Shown here: one piece after another, positions 52,301-64,000 of the stretch
Layout of the letters: every line of letters starts with the position of its first letter
How positions within the stretch are numbered: position 1 is the stretch's first letter
Assembly (NCBI GenBank): GCA_964016885.1
Contig: OZ024741.1
Coordinates: 28,768,001 to 28,832,000 of the forward strand
Origin: Eledone cirrhosa
Lineage: Eukaryota
Direction of reading: 5' to 3'
Length of the DNA: 64,000 nucleotides
Translations under genes and position numbers: made by a program
Notes under the pieces: generated by a model
Told to the model about the DNA's origin: nothing
Seen by the model: only the letters and a program-made list of their open reading frames with translations
Database searches by the model: none

Positions 52301-55300
52301 CATTGTCTCAGAGTGTCTGAAAAAGATGTATCTCCCTGTGTCTATTGTGGGGTGGTGCAGTTATAACAGTGGCACACATTGTCTCAGAGTGTCTGGAGAA
52401 GATGTATCTCCTCTGTGTCTATTGTGTGGAGGTGCAGTTATAACAGTGGCATACATTGTCTCAGAGTGTCTGGAGAAGATGTATCTCCTCTGTGTCTATT
52501 GTGTGGTGGTGCAGTTATAACAGTGGCACACATTGTCTCAGAGTGTCTGGAGAAGATATATCTCCTCTGTGTCTATTGTGTGGTGGTGCAGTTATAACAG
52601 TGGCATACATTGTCTCAGAGTGTCTGGAGAAGATGTATCTCCTCTGTGTCTATTGTGTGGAGGTGCAGTTATAACAGTGGCACACATTGTCTCAGAGTGT
52701 CTGGAGAAGATGTATCTCCTCTGTGTCTATTGTGTGGTGGTGCAGTTATAACAGTGGCGGACATTGTCTCAGAGTGTCTGAAAAAGATGTATCTCCCCTG
52801 TGTCTATTGTGTAGTGGTGCAGTTATAACAGTGGCACACATTGTCTCAGAGTGTCTGGAGAAGATGTATCTCCTCTGTGTCTATTGTGTGGTGGTGCAGT
52901 TATAACAGTGGCGGACATTGTCTCAGAGTGTCTGAAAAAGATGTATCTCCCCTGTGTCTATTGTGTAGTGGTGCAGTTATAACAGTGGTACACATTGTCT
53001 CAGAGTGTCTGGAGAAGATGTATCTCCTCTGTGTCTATTGTGTGGTGGTGCAGTTATAACAGTGGAACACATTGTCTCAGAGTGTCTGGAGAAGATGTAT
53101 CTCCTCTGTGTCTATTGTGTGGAGGTGCAGTTATAACAGTGGCACACTATGTCTCAGAGTGTCTGGAGAAGATGTATCTCCCCCGTGTCTATTGTGTGGT
53201 GGTGCAGTTATAACAGTGGCACACATTGTCTCATAGTGTCTGGAGAAGATGTATCTCCTCTGTGTCTATTGTGTAGTGATGCAGTTATAACAGTGGTACA
53301 CATTGTCTCAGAGTGTCTGGAGAAGATGTTTCTCCTCTGTGTCTATTGTGTGGTGGTGCAGTAATAACAGTGGCACACATTGTCTCAGAGTGTCTGGAGA
53401 AGATGTTTCTCCTCTGTGTCTATTGTGTGGTGGTGCAGTTATAACAGTGGCACACTATGTCTCAGAGTGTCTGGAGAAGATGTTTCTCCTCTGTGTCTAT
53501 TGTGTGGTGGTGCAGTTATAACAGTGGCATACATTGTCTCAGAGTGTCTGGAGAAGATGTATCTCCTCTGTGTCTATTGTGTGGTGGTGCAGTTATAACA
53601 GTGGCACACATTGTCTCAGAGTGTCTGGAGAAGATGTATCACCTCTGTGTCTATTGTGTGGTGGTGCAGTTATAACAGTGGCACACATTGTCTCAGAGTG
53701 TCTGGAGAAGATGTATCTCCTCTGTGTCTATTGTGTGGTGGTGCAGTTATAACAGTGGCACACATTGTCTCAGAGTGTCTGGAGAAGATGTATCACCTCT
53801 GTGTCTATTGTGTGGTGGTGCAGTTATAACAGTGGCACACATTGTCTCAGAGTGTCTGGAGAAGATGTATCTCCTCTGTGTCTATTGTGTGGTGGTGCAG
53901 TTATAACAGTGGCGGACATTGTCTCAGAGTGTCTGAAAAAGATGTATCTCCCCTGTGTCTATTGTGTGGTGGTGCAGTTATAACAGTGGCACACATTGTC
54001 TCAGAGTGTCTGGAGAAGATGTATCTCCTCTGTGTCTATTGTGTGGAGGTGCAGTTATAACAGTGGCATACATTGTCTCAGAGTGTCTGGAGAAGATGTA
54101 TCTCCTCTGTGTCTATTGTGTGGTGGTGCAGTTATAACAGTGGCACACATTGTCTCAGAATGTCTGGAGAAGATGTATCTCCTCTGTGTCTATTGTGTGG
54201 TGGTGCAGTTATAACAGTGGAACACATTGTCTCAGAGTGTCTGGAGAAGATGTATCTCCTCTGTGTCTATTGTGTGGTGGTGCAGTTATAACAGTGGCAC
54301 ACATTGTCTCAGAGTGTCTGGAGAAGATGTATCTCCTCTGTGTCTATTGTGTGGTGGTGTAGTTATAACAGTGGCATACATTGTCTCAGAGTGTCTGGAG
54401 AAGATGTATCTCCTCTGTGTCTATTGTGTGGTGGTGCAGTTATAACAGTGTCACACATTGTCTCAGAGTGTCTGGAGAAGATGTATCTCCTCTGTGTCTA
54501 TTGTGTGGTGGTGGAGTTATAACAGTGGCACACATTGTCTCAGAGTGTCTGGAGAAGATGTATCTCCTCTGTGTCTATTGTGTGGTGGTGCAGTTATAAC
54601 AGTGGCACACATTGTCTCAGAGTGTGTGGAGAAGATGTATCTCCTCTGTGTCTATTGTGTGGTGATGCAGTTATAACAGTGGCACACATTGTCTCAGAGT
54701 GTGTGGAGAAGATGTATCTCCTCTGTGTCTATTGTGTGGTGGCGCAGTTATAACAGTGGTACACATTGTCTCAGAGTGTCTGGAGAAGATGTATCTCCCC
54801 TGTGTCTATTGTGTGGAGGTGCAGTTATAACAGTGGCATACATTGTCTCAGAGTGTCTGGAGAAGATGTATCTCCTCTGTGTCTATTGTGTAGTGGTGCA
54901 GTTATAACAGTGGCACACATTGTCTCAGAGTGTCTGGAGAAGATGTATCTCCCCGTGTCTATTGTGTGGTGGTGCAGTTATAACAGTGGCATACATTGTC
55001 TCAGAGTGTCTGGAGAAGATGTATCTCCCCCGTGTCTATTGTGTGGTGGTGCAGTTATAACAGTGGCACACATTGTCTCAGAGTGTCTGGGGAAGTTGTA
55101 TCTCCTCTGTGTCTATTGTGTGCTGGTGAATTTATAACAGTGGCACACATTGTCTCAGAGTGTCTGGAGAAGATGTATCTCCTCTGTGTCTATTGTGTGG
55201 TGGTACAGTAATAACAGTGGCACACTATGTCTCAGAGTGTCTGGAGAAGATGTATCTCCCCCGTGTCTATTGTGTAGTGATGCAATTATAACAGTGGCAC

Positions 55301-55301
55301 A

Positions 55302-58300
55302 CATTGTCTCAGAGTGTCTGGAGAAGATGTATCTCCTCTGTGTCTATTGTGTGGTGGTGCAGTTATAACGGTGGCACACATTGTCTCAGAGTGTCTGGAG
55401 AAGATGTATCACCTCTGTGTCTATTGTGTGGTGGTGCAGTTATAACAGTGGCACACATTGTCTCAGAGTGTCTGGAGAAGATGTATCTCCTCTGTGTCTA
55501 TTGTGTGGTGGTGCAGTTATAACAGTGGCACACATTGTCTCAGAGTGTCTGGAGAAGATGTATCACCTCTGTGTCTATTGTGTGGTGGTGCAGTTATAAC
55601 AGTGGCACACATTGTCTCAGAGTGTCTGGAGAAGATGTATCTCCTCTGTGTCTATTGTGTGGTGGTGCAGTTATAACAGTGGCGGACATTGTCTCAGAGT
55701 GTCTGAAAAAGATGTATCTCCCCTGTGTCTATTGTGTTTGTGCAGTTATAACAGTGGCACACATTGTCTCAGAGTGTCTGGAGAAGATGTATCTCCTCTG
55801 TGTCTATTGTGTGGAGGTGCAGTTATAACAGTGGCATACATTGTCTCAGAGTGTCTGGAGAAGATGTATCTCCTCTGTGTCTATTGTGTGGTGGTGCAGT
55901 CATAACAGTGGCATACATTGTCTCAGAGTGTCTGGAGAAGATGTATCTCCTCTGTGTCTATTGTGTAGTGGTGCAGTTATAACAGTGGCATACATTGTCT
56001 CAGAGTGTCTGGAGAAGATGTATCTCCTCTGTGTCTATTGTGTGGTGGTGCACTTATAACAGTGGCACACATTGTCTCAGAGTGTCTGGAGAAGATGTAT
56101 CTCCTCTGTGTCTATTGTGTGGTGGTGCAGTTATAACAGTGGCATACATTGTCTCAGAGTGTCTGGAGAAGATGTATCTCCCCCGTGTCTATTGTGTGGT
56201 GGTGCAGTTATAACAGTGGCACACATTGTCTCAGAGTGTCTGGGGAAGTTGTATCTCCTCTGTGTCTATTGTGTGCTGGTGAATTTATAACAGTGGCACA
56301 CATTGTCTCAGAGTGTCTGGAGAAGATGTATCTCCTCTGTGTCTATTGTGTGGTGGTACAGTAATAACAGTGGCACACTATGTCTCAGAGTGTCTGGAGA
56401 AGATGTATCTCCCCCGTGTCTATTGTGTGGTGGTGCAGTTATAACAGTGGCACACATTGTCTCAGAGTGTCTGGAGAAGATGTATCTCCTCTGTGTCTAT
56501 TGTGTGGAGGTGCAGTCATAACAGTGGCATACATTGTCTCAGAGTGTCTGGAGAAGATGTATCTCCTCTGTGTCTATTGTGTAGTGGTGCAGTTATAACA
56601 GTGGCATACATTGTCTCAGAGTGTCTGGAGAAGATGTATCTCCTCTGTGTCTATTGTGTGGTGGTGCAGTTATAACAGTGGCACACATTGTCTCAGAGTG
56701 TCTGGAGAAGATGTATCTCCTCTGTGTCTATTGTGTGGTGGTGCAGTTATAACAGTGGCGGACATTGTCTCAGAGTGTCTGAAAAAGATGTATCTCCCCT
56801 GTGTATATTGTGTGGTTGTGCAGTTATAACAGTGGCACACATTGTCTCAGAGTGTCTGGAGAATATGTTTCTCCTCTGTGTCTATTGTGTGGTGGTGCAG
56901 TTATAACGGTGGCACACATTGTCTCAGAGTGTCTGGAGAAGATGTATCTCCTCTGTGTCTATTGTGTAGTGATGCAATTATAACAGTGGCACACATTGTC
57001 TCAGAGTGTCTGGAGAATATGTTTCTCCTCTGTGTCTATTGTGTGGTGGTGCAGTTATAACGGTGGCACACATTGTCTCAGAGTGTCTGGAGAAGATGTA
57101 TCTCCTCTGTGCCTATTGTGTGGTGGTGCAGTTATAAAAGTGGCGGACATTGTCTCAGAGTGTCTGAAAAAGATGTATCTCCCTGTGTCTATTGTGGGGT
57201 GGTGCAGTTATAACAGTGGCACACATTGTCTCAGAGTGTCTGGAGAAGATGTATCTCCTCTGTGTCTATTGTGTGGAGGTGCAGTTATAACAGTGGCATA
57301 CATTGTCTCAGAGTGTCTGGAGAAGATGTATCTCCTCTGTGTCTATTGTGTGGTGGTGCAGTTATAACAGTGGCACACATTGTCTCAGAGTGTCTGGAGA
57401 AGATATATCTCCTCTGTGTCTATTGTGTGGTGGTGCAGTTATAACAGTGGCATACATTGTCTCAGAGTGTCTGGAGAAGATGTATCTCCTCTGTGTCTAT
57501 TGTGTGGAGGTGCAGTTATAACAGTGGCACACATTGTCTCAGAGTGCCTGGAGAAGATGTATCTCCTCTGTGTCTATTGTGTGGTGGTGCAGTTATAACA
57601 GTGGCGGACATTGTCTCAGAGTGTCTGAAAAAGATGTATCTCCCCTGTGTCTATTGTGTAGTGGTGCAGTTATAACAGTGGCACACATTGTCTCAGAGTG
57701 TCTGGAGAAGATGTATCTCCTCTGTGTCTATTGTGTGGTGGTGCAGTTATAACAGTGGCACACATTGTCTCAGAGTGTCTGGAGAAGATGTATCTCCTCT
57801 GTGTCTATTGTGTGGTGGTACAGTAATAACAGTGGCACACTATGTCTCAGAGTGTCTGGAGAAGATGTATCTCCCCCGTGTCTATTGTGTGGTGGTGCAG
57901 TTATAACAGTGGCACACATTGTCTCAGAGTGTCTGGAGAAGATGTATCTCCTCTGTGTCTATTGTGTGGAGGTGCAGTCATAACAGTGGCATACATTGTC
58001 TCAGAGTGTCTGGAGAAGATGTATCTCCTCTGTGTCTATTGTGTAGTGGTGCAGTTATAACAGTGGCATACATTGTCTCAGAGTGTCTGGAGAAGATGTA
58101 TCTCCTCTGTGTCTATTGTGTGGTGGTGCAGTTATAACAGTGGCACACATTGTCTCAGAGTGTCTGGAGAAGATGTATCTCCTCTGTGTCTATTGTGTGG
58201 TGGTGCAGTTATAACAGTGGCATACATTGTCTCAGAGTGTCTGGAGAAGATGTATCTCCCCCGTGTCTATTGTGTGGTGGTGCAGTTATAACAGTGGCAC

Positions 58301-61300
58301 ACATTGTCTCAGAGTGTCTGGGGAAGTTGTATCTCCTCTGTGTCTATTGTGTGCTGGTGAATTTATAACAGTGGCACACATTGTCTCAGAGTGTCTGGAG
58401 AAGATGTATCTCCTCTGTGTCTATTGTGTGGTGGTACAGTAATAACAGTGGCACACTATGTCTCAGAGTGTCTGGAGAAGATGTATCTCCCCCGTGTCTA
58501 TTGTGTGGTGGTGCAGTTATAACAGTGGCACACATTGTCTCAGAGTGTCTGGAGAAGATGTATCTCCTCTGTGTCTATTGTGTGGAGGTGCAGTCATAAC
58601 AGTGGCATACATTTTCTCAGAGTGTCTGGAGAAGATGTATCTCCTCTGTGTCTATTGTGTAGTGGTGCAGTTATAACAGTGGCATACATTGTCTCAGAGT
58701 GTCTGGAGAAGATGTATCTCCTCTGTGTCTATTGTGTGGTGGTGCAGTTATAACAGTGGCACACATTGTCTCAGAGTGTCTGGAGAAGATGTATCTCCTC
58801 TGTGTCTATTGTGTGGTGGTGCAGTTATAACAGTGGCGGACATTGTCTCAGAGTGTCTGAAAAAGATGTATCTCCCCTGTGTATATTGTGTGGTTGTGCA
58901 GTTATAACAGTGGCACACATTGTCTCAGAGTGTCTGGAGAATATGTTTCTCCTCTGTGTCTATTGTGTGGTGGTGCAGTTATAACGGTGGCACACATTGT
59001 CTCAGAGTGTCTGGAGAAGATGTATCTCCTCTGTGTCTATTGTGTAGTGATGCAATTATAACAGTGGCACACATTGTCTCAGAGTGTCTGGAGAAGATGT
59101 ATCTCCTCTGTGTCTATTGTGTGGTGGTGCAGTTATAACGGTGGCACACATTGTCTCAGAGTGTCTGGAGAAGATGTATCACCTCTGTGTCTATTGTGTG
59201 GTGGTGCAGTTATAACAGTGGCACACATTGTCTCAGAGTGTCTGGAGAAGATGTATCTCCTCTGTGTCTATTGTGTGGTGGTGCAGTTATAACAGTGGCA
59301 CACATTGTCTCAGAGTGTCTGGAGAAGATGTATCACCTCTGTGTCTATTGTGTGGTGGTGCAGTTATAACAGTGGCACACATTGTCTCAGAGTGTCTGGA
59401 GAAGATGTATCTCCTCTGTGTCTATTGTGTGGTGGTGCAGTTATAACAGTGGCGGACATTGTCTCAGAGTGTCTGAAAAAGATGTATCTCCCCTGTGTCT
59501 ATTGTGTGGTGGTGCAGTTATAACAGTGGCACACATTGTCTCAGAGTGTCTGGAGAAGATGTATCTCCTCTGTGTCTATTGTGTGGAGGTGCAGTTATAA
59601 CAGTGGCATACATTGTCTCAGAGTGTCTGGAGAAGATGTATCTCCTCTGTGTCTATTGTGTGGTGGTGCAGTCATAACAGTGGCATACATTGTCTCAGAG
59701 TGTCTGGAGAAGATGTATCTCCTCTGTGTCTATTGTGTAGTGGTGCAGTTATAACAGTGGCATACATTGTCTCAGAGTGTCTGGAGAAGATGTATCTCCT
59801 CTGTGTCTATTGTGTGGTGGTGCACTTATAACAGTGGCACACATTGTCTCAGAGTGTCTGGAGAAGATGTATCTCCTCTGTGTCTATTGTGTGGTGGTGC
59901 AGTTATAACAGTGGCATACATTGTCTCAGAGTGTCTGGAGAAGATGTATCTCCCCCGTGTCTATTGTGTGGTGGTGCAGTTATAACAGTGGCACACATTG
60001 TCTCAGAGTGTCTGGGGAAGTTGTATCTCCTCTGTGTCTATTGTGTGCTGGTGAATTTATAACAGTGGCACACATTGTCTCAGAGTGTCTGGAGAAGATG
60101 TATCTCCTCTGTGTCTATTGTGTGGTGGTACAGTAATAACAGTGGCACACTATGTCTCAGAGTGTCTGGAGAAGATGTATCTCCCCCGTGTCTATTGTGT
60201 GGTGGTGCAGTTATAACAGTGGCACACATTGTCTCAGAGTGTCTGGAGAAGATGTATCTCCTCTGTGTCTATTGTGTGGAGGTGCAGTCATAACAGTGGC
60301 ATACATTGTCTCAGAGTGTCTGGAGAAGATGTATCTCCTCTGTGTCTATTGTGTAGTGGTGCAGTTATAACAGTGGCATACATTGTCTCAGAGTGTCTGG
60401 AGAAGATGTATCTCCTCTGTGTCTATTGTGTGGTGGTGCAGTTATAACAGTGGCACACATTGTCTCAGAGTGTCTGGAGAAGATGTATCTCCTCTGTGTC
60501 TATTGTGTGGTGGTGCAGTTATAACAGTGGCGGACATTGTCTCAGAGTGTCTGAAAAAGATGTATCTCCCCTGTGTATATTGTGTGGTTGTGCAGTTATA
60601 ACAGTGGCACACATTGTCTCAGAGTGTCTGGAGAATATGTTTCTCCTCTGTGTCTATTGTGTGGTGGTGCAGTTATAACGGTGGCACACATTGTCTCAGA
60701 GTGTCTGGAGAAGATGTATCTCCTCTGTGTCTATTGTGTAGTGATGCAATTATAACAGTGGCACACATTGTCTCAGAGTGTCTGGAGAATATGTTTCTCC
60801 TCTGTGTCTATTGTGTGGTGGTGCAGTTATAACGGTGGCACACATTGTCTCAGAGTGTCTGGAGAAGATGTATCTCCTCTGTGCCTATTGTGTGGTGGTG
60901 CAGTTATAAAAGTGGCGGACATTGTCTCAGAGTGTCTGAAAAAGATGTATCTCCCTGTGTCTATTGTGGGGTGGTGCAGTTATAACAGTGGCACACATTG
61001 TCTCAGAGTGTCTGGAGAAGATGTATCTCCTCTGTGTCTATTGTGTGGAGGTGCAGTTATAACAGTGGCATACATTGTCTCAGAGTGTCTGGAGAAGATG
61101 TATCTCCTCTGTGTCTATTGTGTGGTGGTGCAGTTATAACAGTGGCACACATTGTCTCAGAGTGTCTGGAGAAGATATATCTCCTCTGTGTCTATTGTGT
61201 GGTGGTGCAGTTATAACAGTGGCATACATTGTCTCAGAGTGTCTGGAGAAGATGTATCTCCTCTGTGTCTATTGTGTGGAGGTGCAGTTATAACAGTGGC

Positions 61301-64000
61301 ACACATTGTCTCAGAGTGCCTGGAGAAGATGTATCTCCTCTGTGTCTATTGTGTGGTGGTGCAGTTATAACAGTGGCGGACATTGTCTCAGAGTGTCTGA
61401 AAAAGATGTATCTCCCCTGTGTCTATTGTGTAGTGGTGCAGTTATAACAGTGGCACACATTGTCTCAGAGTGTCTGGAGAAGATGTATCTCCTCTGTGTC
61501 TATTGTGTGGTGGTGCAGTTATAACAGTGGCACACATTGTCTCAGAGTGTCTGGAGAAGATGTATCTCCTCTGTGTCTATTGTGTGGTGGTACAGTAATA
61601 ACAGTGGCACACTATGTCTCAGAGTGTCTGGAGAAGATGTATCTCCCCCGTGTCTATTGTGTGGTGGTGCAGTTATAACAGTGGCACACATTGTCTCAGA
61701 GTGTCTGGAGAAGATGTATCTCCTCTGTGTCTATTGTGTGGAGGTGCAGTCATAACAGTGGCATACATTGTCTCAGAGTGTCTGGAGAAGATGTATCTCC
61801 TCTGTGTCTATTGTGTAGTGGTGCAGTTATAACAGTGGCATACATTGTCTCAGAGTGTCTGGAGAAGATGTATCTCCTCTGTGTCTATTGTGTGGTGGTG
61901 CAGTTATAACAGTGGCACACATTGTCTCAGAGTGTCTGGAGAAGATGTATCTCCTCTGTGTCTATTGTGTGGTGGTGCAGTTATAACAGTGGCATACATT
62001 GTCTCAGAGTGTCTGGAGAAGATGTATCTCCCCCGTGTCTATTGTGTGGTGGTGCAGTTATAACAGTGGCACACATTGTCTCAGAGTGTCTGGGGAAGTT
62101 GTATCTCCTCTGTGTCTATTGTGTGCTGGTGAATTTATAACAGTGGCACACATTGTCTCAGAGTGTCTGGAGAAGATGTATCTCCTCTGTGTCTATTGTG
62201 TGGTGGTACAGTAATAACAGTGGCACACTATGTCTCAGAGTGTCTGGAGAAGATGTATCTCCCCCGTGTCTATTGTGTGGTGGTGCAGTTATAACAGTGG
62301 CACACATTGTCTCAGAGTGTCTGGAGAAGATGTATCTCCTCTGTGTCTATTGTGTGGAGGTGCAGTCATAACAGTGGCATACATTTTCTCAGAGTGTCTG
62401 GAGAAGATGTATCTCCTCTGTGTCTATTGTGTAGTGGTGCAGTTATAACAGTGGCATACATTGTCTCAGAGTGTCTGGAGAAGATGTATCTCCTCTGTGT
62501 CTATTGTGTGGTGGTGCAGTTATAACAGTGGCACACATTGTCTCAGAGTGTCTGGAGAAGATGTATCTCCTCTGTGTCTATTGTGTGGTGGTGCAGTTAT
62601 AACAGTGGCGGACATTGTCTCAGAGTGTCTGAAAAAGATGTATCTCCCCTGTGTATATTGTGTGGTTGTGCAGTTATAACAGTGGCACACATTGTCTCAG
62701 AGTGTCTGGAGAATATGTTTCTCCTCTGTGTCTATTGTGTGGTGGTGCAGTTATAACGGTGGCACACATTGTCTCAGAGTGTCTGGAGAAGATGTATCTC
62801 CTCTGTGTCTATTGTGTAGTGATGCAATTATAACAGTGGCACACATTGTCTCAGAGTGTCTGGAGAAGATGTATCTCCTCTGTGTCTATTGTGTGGTGGT
62901 GCAGTTATAACGGTGGCACACATTGTCTCAGAGTGTCTGGAGAAGATGTATCACCTCTGTGTCTATTGTGTGGTGGTGCAGTTATAACAGTGGCACACAT
63001 TGTCTCAGAGTGTCTGGAGAAGATGTATCTCCTCTGTGTCTATTGTGTGGTGGTGCAGTTATAACAGTGGCACACATTGTCTCAGAGTGTCTGGAGAAGA
63101 TGTATCACCTCTGTGTCTATTGTGTGGTGGTGCAGTTATAACAGTGGCACACATTGTCTCAGAGTGTCTGGAGAAGATGTATCTCCTCTGTGTCTATTGT
63201 GTGGTGGTGCAGTTATAACAGTGGCGGACATTGTCTCAGAGTGTCTGAAAAAGATGTATCTCCCCTGTGTCTATTGTGTGGTGGTGCAGTTATAACAGTG
63301 GCACACATTGTCTCAGAGTGTCTGGAGAAGATGTATCTCCTCTGTGTCTATTGTGTGGAGGTGCAGTTATAACAGTGGCATACATTGTCTCAGAGTGTCT
63401 GGAGAAGATGTATCTCCTCTGTGTCTATTGTGTGGTGGTGCAGTCATAACAGTGGCATACATTGTCTCAGAGTGTCTGGAGAAGATGTATCTCCTCTGTG
63501 TCTATTGTGTAGTGGTGCAGTTATAACAGTGGCATACATTGTCTCAGAGTGTCTGGAGAAGATGTATCTCCTCTGTGTCTATTGTGTGGTGGTGCACTTA
63601 TAACAGTGGCACACATTGTCTCAGAGTGTCTGGAGAAGATGTATCTCCTCTGTGTCTATTGTGTGGTGGTGCAGTTATAACAGTGGCATACATTGTCTCA
63701 GAGTGTCTGGAGAAGATGTATCTCCCCCGTGTCTATTGTGTGGTGGTGCAGTTATAACAGTGGCACACATTGTCTCAGAGTGTCTGGGGAAGTTGTATCT
63801 CCTCTGTGTCTATTGTGTGCTGGTGAATTTATAACAGTGGCACACATTGTCTCAGAGTGTCTGGAGAAGATGTATCTCCTCTGTGTCTATTGTGTGGTGG
63901 TACAGTAATAACAGTGGCACACTATGTCTCAGAGTGTCTGGAGAAGATGTATCTCCCCCGTGTCTATTGTGTGGTGGTGCAGTTATAACAGTGGCACACA
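55302..64000 (+). repeat. Higher-order repeat: 49-monomer unit (3772 bp), about 2.3 tandem copies running off the window end
   Basis: ORF pairs 55764/59536, 56996/60768, 58535/62307, 59074/62846 and 59921/63693 all differ by 3772 (49x77-1). The variants GAGTGCCTGG and CATTTTCTC occur in both full copies. Confidence 0.92.

Larger units (their letters stand above)
1..64000 (+). repeat. Tandem satellite DNA array, 77-bp monomer, about 832 copies, all in one orientation, running off both window ends
   Basis: The same 77-mer recurs from base 1 to 64000 (a clean consensus copy is at 1770-1846). ORF starts step by multiples of 77 apart from small deletions that sum to 66 bp (832x77-66 = 63998). Monomers usually differ from consensus by 0-4 substitutions. 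Confidence 0.99.

Noticed and set aside
80-63908. Hundreds of 60-148-aa Cys/Val-rich + strand ORFs as real genes
   Set aside because: They follow from one TAA per 77-bp period and mostly use TTG/GTG starts. They overlap in all three frames, and the longer ones arise only at frameshifting deletions.
1-64000. CRISPR array or other repeat-spacer/cassette system
   Set aside because: There are no unique spacers: the whole 77 bp is conserved with scattered SNPs. No cas or other gene is present.
1-64000. Telomeric repeat or G-quadruplex array suggested by G/T strand skew and GGTGGTG
   Set aside because: There is no canonical short telomeric unit, and the consensus has only GG runs. A subtelomeric or centromeric location cannot be inferred from sequence alone.
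63922-64000. Window ends almost exactly in monomer phase with its start
   Set aside because: This is a coincidence of window length and cumulative deletions (832x77-66+2 = 64000), not a biological boundary.

Overview
The whole 64 kb window is one uninterrupted head-to-tail satellite array of a 77-bp monomer. The consensus is CATTGTCTCAGAGTGTCTGGAGAAGATGTATCTCCTCTGTGTCTATTGTGTGGTGGTGCAGTTATAACAGTGGCACA (about 45% GC, 62% G+T on the + strand, no CpG). ORF-start spacing gives 832 monomers plus 2 bp, with 66 bp lost to small deletions. I saw no insertions, inversions, unique sequence, genes, RNA genes or CRISPR spacers. The hundreds of ~72-aa ORFs are artefacts of the 77-bp period. The most notable observation is that one + frame of the monomer reads EDVSPLCLLCGGAVITVAHIVSEC, a C-x2-C-x8-H-x4-C zinc knuckle resembling the CCHC motif downstream of the RT domain in non-LTR retrotransposons, so the satellite may be an amplified fossil of that coding segment. 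Diagnostic variants show nested higher-order repeats (9-, 27/29-, 33- and 49-mers), long-range block duplications and a variant-domain switch near 43-45 kb. The source is probably a CpG-methylated eukaryotic genome (inference); I cannot name the organism or satellite family.
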